A DNA stretch of 64,000 nucleotides from Trichinella spiralis (lineage: Eukaryota): the NCBI RefSeq assembly GCF_000181795.1, contig NW_003526944.1:4316936-4380935 (forward strand). The letters are read 5' to 3'. Positions 26,021-39,034 of the stretch are shown piece after piece. The translations under genes were made by a program, and so were the position numbers. Below the pieces are notes generated by a model. That model saw nothing but the letters and a program-made list of their open reading frames with translations, searched no databases and was not told the origin of the DNA. The stretch's first letter is position 1. Each line of letters begins with the position of its first letter.

Positions 26021-27289
26021 ATGAATGCTTATCAGACTCTTCTTGATCTTCGTTAATCTAATTTCCTTTCCATTTCTGTTGTGTTATTATGATTTAAATC
26101 AATGTTCATCCATAACTGTTTTATGGATTTGTCAGTGATTTTGTTTCAAGCTGAATCGCCGCCTTTTGTACAACTGAATTTGCGCACCTGAATTTCAGGG
26201 GCAGCTGAACGCTGAATATGCTGTTGATCTGAAATATTGCAAGGTTATTGTACAGCAAATTAGCAAACACATAATAAAAAGATTTTCCCCCAAAACTGAT
26301 CTATTTGAAATACATTCAAAAATAGAGTAACCAACTATTATCCTTGTCGCTACAGCTGAGTCGTTCAGAAAAGCAGGGCACATTAAATAATCAATAATTC
26401 ATAAATAACTTTGAAAATGCGTTTCAATATGTTTAAACAACTGATGATGATATAGAAAATATGCGTTAAAATTACGTGCAAAGTAGATTGATTATTTTGT
26501 TATTATTCTGTAAAACAATATTTTCTATTTTCCCGGCAATTGAATTGTCCCTGAAATTACATTTCTCATACAGCATCCAATGCTTCATCATTAATCGTAT
26601 GCTCATAGTGGAGATTGAGTTGCTTATAAATTGCATAAAGTGAAAATTCGTGTATATCCTGCAATCATGTAAATAAATCTGTCACATTTTTGTCGCCAGT
26701 ACTTCTTTCTGATGGCGCATTTGTTCACATATTGTTCATGTGGATGACAAAGAAGCTATTTGAATTCAGATAATAGAGATGGAAATATTTGAAACAGTTT
26801 GGTAAGGGTGTATGGCATATAATTTTAATAAATAGAAATTTTCTCACCAAAAAAATCTTATAATTTCAGTAAAATTGATGCTGCTTTTGTTTATGCATTA
26901 AAGCAATTCTGATAATTTTGAACATTTTTATTTAAACAATTTCATTCAATAATAACTAACAACGGTTCAGAAATATCATATATTCAAAACGATTCGTTTT
27001 GATTACAAAGTTTATTACAATGTTGCTGTTTACAATAATTTTACAGATATCAATATTGCTAAATTGGAGTTTTAGCAAATTTCTCACCAATTGGTTATTG
27101 GTTAAAAAATTGGTTAATAATACCATGATTGGTTAATAAAAACAATTAAAAAATGTGCGTCTTGAAATTAAGCTAAGCGATATATGAAAATAAATAATAG
27201 TTAACAAATGAAATTTTCAAAACATTGCATACAACGATTTTGCTGCGTCAAAGCCCACACACTGCATTATTTGAAATCTCAACCATACA

Positions 27290-30200
27290 GGTTTGTCCTT
27301 AGCTTAATTCAACTAGGGGATCACTTTACCCTTTCGAAGTATCCTCATACCAGACATATAAAATAGGGACCCACGGGAGACCCTGTATACCTTTTGTTTT
27401 CCATTTCTGCTTCATGTTGCCCGCATCTTCATCATTTTTCGAATCGATTAAAATATGAAACATAAAATCAAATGCTCACCTGCTAGCGCAGTAAAAGTTA
27501 TAAATAACAGCTTAATTGAATGAATGAATTTGAGGAAATAAAAAATAATAAATGAAAAGCAAAGACGTTTTAAATGTTATTCCATGATCTTCATCGCAGG
27601 AGAATCGTCGTCGCACTTTCACCGCACGCCGTAGGCCAGCAATCATCGAAACTAAAGCATATGTATAGAAATGGAATAAAAATTTGCATGCATTTTCTGC
27701 TAAACAGCTTTCACCGCATCAGCACGTTGAGCAAACAGCAATCTCTTTACAGCTAATTTTGCTCGACATATTCACGTTGGGGCCTCATATAGCAGACAAG
27801 CCCGTAACTATATCCATTAGGTTGCACACTTCTTACGAGTGCACAATCCAACGAATCAACCACTAGTGGAATACGAAAGAATAGACGCTTCCACTACCGT
27901 TTGTGATGAAATAATTTTTGCATTTATAATTAATGCAAATAATTATAATTACTTTTATTTATTTTTAATGCATATTATATAATATAATATTACATTATAT
28001 CTTTGAATACAGCATATTTAAAAGTAATATATTTATGAAAAATAAATTGTACAATCAAGAGCATAATTAAAATTCGCACGTCAAATTAAAATAAAACGAT
28101 TGCATTTAATTAATAATTTATGATAATTGCTGTTCTGTATTGTCTATATAAGATGTTATGAAAAAGGTGTCAGTTGAAAAAACTCACATCTTCCAATTGC
28201 ACCTCAAGGCATTATACAGCTGACAAGCCCTCAAAGGTGTGAGGATTGATTTTAATTTTTTGGTCTTTATGAAAGTAAGCAATCCAGGAAATCAACAAAC
28301 AACAGTAGAATACGAACAAGCGGATGTTTTCACTGCCAATTAATATGAAATAATTCTTCCATTTATAATAACCCCCAGACATTATTATTATGATTATTAT
28401 TATTGCCATTTATTTTTTATTTTGAATAATTTTTTTATTTATTTTGACAGTATTATTATTTTTTATTTATGATATTTGACAGTTATTTCAAAATTCAAAA
28501 ATGACATTGACGTTTAAAGTCAAAATATAAACTATCTGACAAAAAACGCCCTAACAAAACCATTGTCTTTGTCAAAACCGGCCTCCGCATGTCTTAAGTT
28601 TCAATTTGAATATTCAAAAATGACCTACAAAAATGGAACAAGTCTAAAAAAGTTTATCACCTAAATATATAAGCACACTGCTTTCTTGTGCTGAAAACAG
28701 AATTACGAAGACCAAAATTGTAACTTACCAAAATTCTTTGATGATAAAAAATTAAAAAAATACAATAAAATGATAATGAAGGTAAACAAATTTCTTGTAT
28801 GAAAACTTTGTGTAAGAATATACATAGCTTTTCTAATGGCATTTGGTAAACCGCACTCGCTTTCACTGTGTCGTCTCTTGTATGTCAAACCTATGACATA
28901 CAAGAGTGCAGAATCCAGCAAGACAACCTCCAGTGGAATACGAACATGCGGACGTTTCCACTGCCGATTAGTATGAAATAATTATTCTATTTATAATAAC
29001 CGCTGCACATTATTACTATTATGATTGGCATTTACTTTTTATTTTGTATCCATATTTTTGAATTCAACAGGTTTAAAAAAAAATGTTTATCGAAAAATAA
29101 ATTTTATAATCGAAATGAAAAGGGAAAGTGGAAACTGATGATGATTTGAGCATTTCAAATCTTCTAAAATGCTGCCATCAGTTGTGACATGTGCTGTTCA
29201 AACCTGATTTATATGCACAACTATTGATGAAAATGCCACACAACATATGCAAATTCGAAAATAACAATTTAACAAAGTAGACGAGATGCAGATAAAATAA
29301 GTGAAAACAGTGGATGCTGAGTATTTTGACATTTTCAACAAATCTGGACCGTAAATTATTAGGACTCTTTCAATTTATGGACGATCCCTTTCACGGTACA
29401 CTGAAGCAAAAAGAAAAACAATAAAGTAAAGTAAAATATAACTTTAAAAAGCAAATATTTGTCAAAAAATGAATTTTATAAAAAAAAATCAAAATTTAAA
29501 TTCGCATTTACCATCGATACAATCCGTCTGATGGAATTCATCTATTTGGGATGTTGTGAAAAATGCCATCATTGTGATGATGCATTTGGCTTTTCTGACC
29601 CATGTTCACGTAGCAAAGCAGACAAGCCTTTACACTTTGGTGCATCAGTACCAAATATGTTGGCAATTTGATATTACTCTGCATACGAGTGGGCGCAGGA
29701 CAGCAAATCAACCACCAATAAAATAATAAAGAAGAAGCAAAAGTTTCCACTGCAATTTGTGATTCTTATATTTGATTTAAGCCAAAATACTATTATCATT
29801 GCCATTTATATTTTTATTTAAAATCTCTTTCTTTGAATACAGCATTTTTAAATATGAAATATTTATCAAAAAATGAATTTTTTTTAATCAAAATTTAAAT
29901 TTACGTGCAGTATAAAATAAAAATACTGCATTCTATTATTATTAGCGTAGGATTTTTGCTGTTCTGTGTGAAGCTTTGCTGAAAAGCTGAAAAACGTAAA
30001 GCGCCCCCTGGACTGCAGCATGAAAATGAAAATATTTCATTTTATCATTTACACAAATGATTTTTGCAATTTTCTGCATGAAATTTATCTGAAAAACTGT
30101 AAAGGGTTGATTATTAATTAATCGTGATTAGGGATATCGCCCAACTCCTTTGCCTTGCAATCAACAGGATTGCAATGGTGTACCTGGAGTGCTATCAGGA

Positions 30201-31210
30201 TCATTTGAATCCTCTTCCGCACAGTACGGCGTCAGATTGCTCTGGCGATATCCAAACCAACACATCAACCATCAGTGGAATACGAACATGCGGACGTCTC
30301 CACTGCCGATTGAAATAAAACATTTTTTCTATTTATAATTAATAGTATGCAAATTATCGCTGCCATTTAATCTTTTTTTTTAAACCTATTTGTTTAAAAT
30401 TTTATATTTTTATTTAAATAAATACCAATTTCATCTATTACAATTCCTTTCTTTCATATTTTAAATTATTATTATCATAGAAAGCAGTTTTGTTTTCGAT
30501 AAAACCGTTTTATGAAAAAAGTGCGAAATGAATAATACTATAGTGTCAAAATTTTTGAAAACAATTAATACACGCATTGCTGACTAATGTATTGTCTTAA
30601 ATTAAAAAAATTATACAAGGAAAATTTGCACAAAACAAAAATATTTTTGTCTCCATATTAGATCATACTTCGACTATATTTTATTGAAATGCTATTTCAT
30701 AGTTTCTTAGCTCAGTTTAACTCTTCTATTTGCCCTCATTACACCAAATGTCATGAATAATATTAATTTGAAACAATTGAATTTCACTTAATTTATGCAC
30801 TTTTTGAATATCAAAAGAATAATTCATATTTAATAATATTTGTTTCAGAAATTTTAAGTGACTTTGATTTTCAAAAAAATTGATGAAATATAATACGGTT
30901 AATCTAGTTATACGTGAAATGAATAAAAGGTGCTCGCTACCAAAGAAACGAGTTTTAAGCAACGCTGATTTGCATAGTATGCGCTAAGCGTTCTGAGATA
31001 CAACTCAACGCTGAATTAGATTTCCTATTGAATTATAAATTTTTATAGCACCTCAACTAAATATAAGATATAAAATATTCAACTTCTGCCAGAAGCTCAT
31101 TTTTATGATTAAAGTATTTTACTTTTAATAGTAATTAGTTTGCAATATATTTATTTTCTTATAAAAAATTTTAATATCCTAACAAACTGCTGTTGAACAT
31201 AAACATGAAA
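27290..31210 (-). repeat. Right arm of the inverted segmental duplication (partner 740-9750)
   Basis: For example, 30938 TACCAAAGAAACGAGTTTTAAGCAACGCTGATTTGCATA is the reverse-complement homolog of ~966-1004. Confidence 0.85.
27864..30305 (+). repeat. Right cluster (5 copies) of the CAGTG-N23-CACTG stem-loop cassette
   Basis: Copies at 27864-27896, 28303-28335, 28931-28963, ~29716-29752 (degenerate) and 30273-30305. Confidence 0.85.
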
Positions 31211-31339
31211 TTTCACACAAAAGAGATTTAATGCATAATTTAGTTATGTTAAATAATCATAAATTGAATATCCATTGTTGGTGCAATTCAAAAATAAAAT
31301 GCAGCTTACGGAAATAGTCAACTTTCCACCATTTTGAGA

Positions 31340-32760
31340 TAATCTTTTGTGCAGTTTTATAAAGTGATTGACCAATTGGAATTAAAACATTGATGCTTGT
31401 CCTGCTTTCCTTTGAATACGTCTTCAATTCTGCTGCCGTCGTAGACCATCAAATTTCAACTGAAGGTCACTAAGGAAACAGCAGAATTGAATTCTTGTGT
31501 AAATTTCCATTTTGTACCTTCATTCAGTAGCACTGGCCAACGATCAGAGAAAATCAGTTATTCAAGCAATCTTTACATCTAGGAAATTTTTTCCGAATCC
31601 GTATGGTCAAACTTCTTTCAGCAAAATACCGTCAACATAGTTGACCGTCAAATTAATTCTGGTCAACATGGTTTCGGGAGTCTCCCAAGTATTAGCTGAC
31701 TTTGGGTACTTTTAACATGTTGATTATGGAAATGACATTTATTCCCCCCCCCCCCATGTCCTAAACGTTTATATTCGTTTCACAATCCTTTCGTCTGCTG
31801 GGTGTATTCCTTCTGCACCGATCTTGAATCCTGAGAACGGCACAATCTTCACTGCAACTTGGCATTTCTTTTTACTTGACCACCGACCTGTTTCTCTGAT
31901 ATAAATCAATCACACGTGTGCATAAAAGCCAAGCGATGGTTCATTAACTCGAACTTGTGTATATACTCTACCCAAATGTTCGTGAAGAATTTTCCTGCAG
32001 CAAATTCTGTGAAGAATTAGTTCGTCAGTCGTCAGAAAGATATGGATACATATCTGTATTATTTGTCTTTTGAAACAAACGGTAGTGGTCAGTAGCGTAA
32101 GAACTTGTGTTTTATTTTCTTATCGAAAATTACTAATGCAGGTCGACCAGGCTACTGATCCAATCCTTCCTCGCAAACATCCGTGAATCTTTCAGTGGGT
32201 GTCAATATTTTGCAGTTAGCCATCATATATTCCGTGTGTCGAACCAATTCCAGTCTTTCAAACGTGTATCTTTTCCATTTATTACCATCACAGGCAACAG
32301 TTACTTCTTCATTTTATACTTCAGCACAACGTGAGATTCTCCCAGGAGTTTCAGGCGTTCGTGCGTCGAATGATTTTGGATGAAGAAAAGTTCTCGATTT
32401 TAGGAACTTGTTTTCTTTGAACAACTCTCTGTATGACTGTTGATTTTCTAGCAAATATGCTGCGCATGAGTGTAATTGCATTTGTAAGAATCTACCGTCT
32501 AATTCCAGATTAAAATGGAAATTACTATTTGTCCAGCTTCAAAATGTATTCCTTTCGCTGAATAGAGCTATCAATTTCTACGTGAGCTCCTTGTCTCTTG
32601 CCTTTTCTCAATGGATGCCTTCAAGTACTTTTCTTCTTGACGTGTATTTTAAAAATAAGCTTTTTCCAAATCACCTTTTATCTTGCAAAATCTGCATTCG
32701 TCATCAAAAACAACGTATAAGACATTCATTCTTAAATATTAAAAGCATCTTATAAACACT
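31340..32760 (-). mobile_element. Decayed Ty3/Gypsy (Mag/K02A2.6-like) LTR-retrotransposon gag-pol remnant
   Basis: Minus-strand fragments in canonical order: knuckle CRFCKIKG(D)LEKA; protease LELDGRFLQMQLHSCAAY (DTGA decayed); KLLGESHVVLKY…LPVMVING; FTDVCEEGL…KHKFLRY*PLPFVSKDK; RT pieces AGKFFT and VYTQVRVNEPS; KKKCQ…VPFSGFKIGAEGIHP; LLNEGTKWKFT. Many stops and deletions. Confidence 0.75.
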
Positions 32761-35700
32761 GAACAATAGCTACTGAACATCGACAAAGAGCTCCATAACT
32801 TACAAATGAAATGAAATTTACTCCTGAAAATCAACATCTAATATTCGGTAATTTTACAGTAATAGCAGCCTACTTCAAAAGAAAAACAATAAAAGAAATA
32901 AATAAATAATCTGATCTGAACTGACAGTCTATGAAACACAAATTAATCATCAGTGAAAGATTGCTGACAACAGAGAGGGGGCCTCAGAAGTGTTTGATAT
33001 TTAATTTTCATGGAATATTTTAAACAGAATAAAACTGACCCTCAGTATCTGCATATGAAAGAGACAGTAAAGAAATGTTGCTATAAAATAACCGAATCTA
33101 AACGTAAAGTTTGCAACAAAAAATGAAAATGGAAGAAAGACATGTAACTTCAAAAAATACTATAGAAGTGGTAGTTTATTCAATTATTTTATTGAACTGC
33201 AGAAATGTATAGATAATTGTTATTATTACTGCAGGCAAAACGCAGTGCTGCCAGTTTAATGCGGAACGAAAGCCGATATTAACAATTAAATAGTGAAGTG
33301 AGACCTATAACAATTACAATCCTGCCACCGCTTAATCTTACTCTTAACACCTAAATTTGTTAAACGTCATTTATGTGAACATTTCATCCTATGCTCGGTG
33401 TAGAATCACCAAAGAAAAAAAGAAACAAGTGGTCAAACTTGCTTCAATCTGAAGTAAAAATTAATATTTGTTTGATTGCGTCATATAAAATAGTTAACAG
33501 AATTTTAAAAGCCAGGTCAACTAAAAACCTTTTCTTGTTTTGGCAAATTAGAACAATGTTCGACAATTTCGGCGATTTAACAGCGGCATATTTCAGACAA
33601 GCCACTGCTAATGTTCAAAAATATCAATAAATCGGGCCGACTAATGCAGCATTACAAATAATAATAACGGCAATAAAATATACACCTGTTTAGCAATTGT
33701 GTCAATTCGAATTTAATCGCCTGATTTTATAACTACTAGGTTGAACAAAGAAAAAGCAATGTCCAGTTACACCAAAAAAAAGTTATGCATTTAAATGTGC
33801 GTCAGCTCGGTTTCAGTTGTAAATGTTTACAATGATAGAGCGGACGAAGAAACAAATTTAAGACGAAAATACTTTAAATTGAAAATTAAAATTAAGAAAA
33901 AGTTAAATGTCATGTATTTGATGCAAAACTGTTTCCTAATTATGAACAAAATTTTCAAATGCATAATCTTGATAAAGCTGATTTCTTTTATTATATTATG
34001 AAGTTAATAAAGTTTAAAATGTTCTTCAATCTCAGTGATTTGGTCATGAATAAAAATAAGTTTGATCAATGAAGAGAGAACAAAATTTTCAAATGATGTA
34101 TCTGCAAGAAGAACAAATGAAAAAAAGTAACAAACAAAGAATGAGACAAGAAAATAAGGCGGATTAAAAAACCTGACATTCTCATGAGTAAACCTATCCA
34201 GATGTGTTCAAAAATTAAAAGCTTTTAATATGAAAAAAGACACATACCATTAATTAAAAAAATTTTTTGATCGTTACATTCGTCAAGGGAGTTGAACATC
34301 TTCATCATCTGGTTCAAAATCAAATATTTTCAATACAATCCCATCACGAGATGATACAAAGAACAAGTTTAAAAAAATAAAATAAAAATAAATAAAATCG
34401 CAGATGTACCAAACTATTGAACAAAGGAAAATGACGCTGTTGCTTGTTGTACGGTTACTACAGTATGCCGATTATTAAGTATTATATGGTAATTTTTTGC
34501 ACAGTATGTAGTCATGTGTTTTTTTTTGTTTTGTCGTATTCTGTAGTTTCTTTCCCTACATTTTTGGTCTTTTCATTTGCAAAAGTGGTTAGTCTCGTAG
34601 CACGTAAGCTAATTTTAAAAATAACTACTCGGTTGCCCATGAGGGTAGAATTGAAAAATAGTTGGATGTTGGCTGAATAATTGGAAGCTGTTGAAAATTT
34701 GAGCAGGCAACTGGCGATCATTTACAATGCCATTGACAATGCGGTGCACGTCAGCGCGTTGTTAAATTGTCCGATTGTGGATGAAAATTGATCAGATCAG
34801 TTCAATTGAGAAACGGCGGCTTCGTTGGCAAGCTCAGTGTGCAATTTTCAAACTCTGCCTCGCACTGACGGCATTGTGCTCGATGAACGAGGCTAACAAG
34901 ATTATGACATAAGAAATCCCTCATGTATGGACTCGAGCACGCAAAAGCACGCATGCGTGCATGGACTTTGTGCAATTGGTCGCGATGCCCCTCTCTGATT
35001 TCAAAGAAAATGGCACCAGCAGCAATAAGAGATGAGAAAAATAGAATAACACAACAAAGATATCCGTTTGAACAGATTGTTCTGCATTCAAAAGAAGTCA
35101 TTTATTTTCTGAAATTTAATTAATTAATTTTTTTAATTATTAACAAGTGCAAAAGTTGTGAAAAGTGAATAAACAATACAGGCATAATACGTATTGCATG
35201 ATTGTTGCTTTGTATTAAACGGTATTATTTTTGAAATGTTTTTGTTTTTGAAAAAAATTGCTAAATTGCTTTATGCTATTTTGAATGATAGCAAAGGGAA
35301 ATCACGTGCAAATGATGATGAATTGTTATATTTGAAAGTGTTGTCATTAAATATTCATCGACAAGTGAAACGCATCTCACTTGGGTTTGATCGCTGTTTA
35401 CCGTTTTTACCGTGCACGCGCAATGGCAGAGACTTTTCTGACACGTCAAAATGGTCAAATGAATAATTGAAAAGCGGGAAAATGTTTGCCACAAATGCCA
35501 CTGACCGACCAGCCAGGCGAATGTATTATTGAAATTCAATACAAGCAGCAGCAGTAGCAGTAGCAGAACAGTCAGCAAACACACATAACAAAAGAGCACA
35601 ATTCAAACCAAAGAACATTTATTATTCTTGTTGATATATATTATGTGCTTTGCTTGGAATAAAGTAGCCAATGTGCTCGGCTGATTACGCATGTCTATCA

Positions 35701-38700
35701 TCATTAAATTATGGCTGAACAACAATTTGAATTAAAAAAACAACATACCATAGGTTCTGAGAGGAATACTTTTCATATTCAAGTCTACTTATTCACTTAT
35801 CGATTTAAGTGATATTCAAATTTCAAAAATTATTTTATAAAAAAAATCAGTTAATAATTTGAGAAAAAAAATAAACAGAAACAAAAAGTAAAAGTTTCAC
35901 CACCTACATTACTAGAATAAATTCTTACAGAATTATCCGGAAACAGCAAAACGAAGCAGAGTTGTTCAAAAAAGAAAATTTTTTCTATACTTTATGGCTT
36001 TTGGGACTGCTGTGAACATTTTTTCCATGCGTCTATATATGAATATAATTTTTCACTACGACAATGTGAAAAATGACAGTGTTGATCAAACTTCCGACGG
36101 AAAAAAACATTTTATTAAAATTATGTTTAATAACTGCGAATCATTTTCATGCGAAGTCAAAGATCAATCGGCTAACAACAGTCCAAAATAATAATAATAA
36201 GAAGAAGAAAAAAATATATATGAAACCATTCATCGCACTATTATTCATCTTAATTATTTTTTCAATATTGTTCAAGAAAATGGTTTCCTTTTTCACTTTC
36301 AAATTAAAATCAAAATACCAAGAAAAAAAATATATCAACAAATAATTTGGTTTTCAAAAATAAAAAAAAATTATTTTTTTCAATTTTTGCAATCGTTCGA
36401 AATTAAAATCTTTCGGTAGAAAAAAATTCAATGATCAAAAATACAGTATGAAAAATTCCACTTGTTTTCACAATTCACCAGCACAACTGTGCATCGTAAA
36501 ACTTGAAAATGAACGCTTGATTTATAAAAAAGAGATTAATTCTTTTTTTAATATACTCAGGTGAAAATGGTGAATTGAATTCACAAATTGTGCAAAATTG
36601 TGCGCAAAAGAAAATCAAACAAATTGTAAAATTAATTTCATTTTTTAACAAATTAAAATCGTAATTTTTGTTTTGTTCTTCATGGGATGCAAAGCAATTC
36701 TGCTTTGTCGTTGATTCGAAAGAAATACACAGACATACAGAAGTGACCAAATTCTAGTCAAATGAACAACTGTTGAAAATGGGTTTTATTTCATTATTGC
36801 ATATTGCAATCGATGGCCAATAAATTTATTAAAATTTTGACAAAATTCATGCAATGGACTCAGCATATTGCTCACTGCTCATCTCCAAACTGCACTTCAC
36901 CTAAACAACAGCAGCACGTCAATTCATAATTCAAGAAGAAGGATCACATTCGATGCGAACCGATTGATTCGTCCATTCATTCATTCAATACTTTTCAAAT
37001 TGCCCTTCTGAAATTGAAGCGGCATTATCTGAAAATCTTTTCCCTGTTTTGAAACCTTTTTGCATTAACTGATGCAGAATGTGATGCCAGAATTTTGAAC
37101 TGCAAAACTGATATCAACAGCTCCGCGGAGGAAGGTGAAACCGCATCAACTCTGCCAACGCTAATCGATTAATCTCAACTCAATAAAAAATCAATTTTCT
37201 AAAATGGTCCAAATTTAAAATAACAAATAAAAATACATTTTTCAATAGCTATACGTTTACCTTCCTCTGTTCAATCATCTCAAGTAAACAAATACTACTT
37301 CATCATATATATATATCATCATTTCAAGGAAATTTTGCAAATAATTTTTAAAACTGTACAAATGAGAGACTTGATCACAAAAACAGCCACGAGTTTTTGA
37401 AAATTTAACTTTATCCATCAAAATGAACATCATCATTATTATTTGTTGTAAAATCTAATAAATTACAATTCAAAATTGAAATACATATCCGTGTATGACG
37501 ACCGTTGAGAAATACTTTCTGATTTGAACAGTAGAATGGAAGTCAGTTGGAATTTCAGTTTGGCAATGATCTATATCTGATCCGATTTGATTTGTACTAC
37601 AATATGAACATGAATAGTAAAGCGGATCACTTATTTATTCGTTGATTTGCTTTCAGTCGTTGTTATTAAGCAAATTATAGACGCGGTCAACAACAACAAC
37701 AACAACACTCACTGCTCATACAAATTAGCATGGATCAGCAAAGTTGTCTTGTCCGATCAAATCACCACAAATGATGATCAAGTGATAAACAAAAAATGAC
37801 AACTGCAAGTACTATAATCCATCTGCCATGCGGTGAAAGATATGACAGACACAAAAACAAGTCAACGTCGTCAAAGACAACATTACCAATGATGACGATT
37901 ATTATGTTGAAAGCAATTATTTGGCCTCGTCGTTTCAAGCTAATCGGAATGAGGTTCTCACCTGGGCGTATTCACTTTGCCACAACGGTCGACAATATTG
38001 ATTTGACATGTCAAAATCGAAAGCTACCATCAAATAAGCTCTCGCGCACACCAAACAATGCAACACCATTGCCTGCTAACCTGCATCCGGCAACAGATTT
38101 AGTTAGATCCACACACACACACACAGACAAACAATTCGACAAGCTCAAAACATTTGTTATGAAATTTTTAATTCACTTAATAATAATAATGACAACAGCA
38201 ACAACGTAATAATGATAATAATAATATGATTATTAGTAATAACAGGAAGAACAAGAAGAAGAAAATGATAATGATGATGATAAAGAAGAAGAAAAAAACA
38301 TGTATACTCGTCGTATTCGATTATTAACAACATTACATGACATGAAAGAGAATTTTCGTTTTAATTATTCTTAATTTGATGAAAAAACAAAAAAAGTGAA
38401 AAATCAAATTATCAACACAACAATAATTAATATTCTTCACAGAGTCAGAGAGTTTAGAAGAAAATCAAAAAAAAAACTGAGGTAGTGGTGAGTTTTAAAA
38501 ATTGACAGTGCTGAAGTTATTTTTATTGATGCAAATTGGTGCAGTTAATCTTTCTAAGTACTAAGCACGGGCGGGACTCGCTTACATCCAGGAAAATCGT
38601 TTTACTGAGCTTTTCCTTTCGATGCTTTCAAGCGCCGGAGTTAATCAATTCGCCGTCCATTGTTGCCATTTATCTTCAGAACCGCAGATTGGCTCGCGCC

Positions 38701-39034
38701 TGGCGTCCAACCGATTAAAGCGACTTATATAAACTTTAGCAGGCGCAATGCGGTTGAAACACACAAAACGGGCAAAAAGTGACAACACGACGCACTGACG
38801 ACATGCAAATGCATGCACACACAGGGATCTCTGCATACAGACATACATATATATATACCCAGTGGATGGATAGCTGCTTGGTTGGCTGAGAATATTTTTC
38901 ATTTTCACTTGACAGTAAAATTTGAAATTTTTCAAATTCACTGAATCGTCATACTCCTTCCTCTCAACTGTCATAAGAAGAATCAAACTCCATTTCAACA
39001 AAATGCATTATTCCACGACGGCTCATTTCCACAA

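Noticed and set aside
1748..30305. Cassette clusters as a CRISPR array, or CAGTG-N23-CACTG as a V(D)J RSS
   Set aside because: Eukaryotic context, 300-800-bp irregular spacing and no cas genes; no RSS nonamer or full heptamer.
31930..32040. Mariner-like peptide KILHEHLG
   Set aside because: The surrounding fragments give ordered Gypsy protease and RT motifs, so this is a chance match.
38478..38500. let-7 seed TGAGGTAGT
   Set aside because: No complementary arm in the A-rich flanks.
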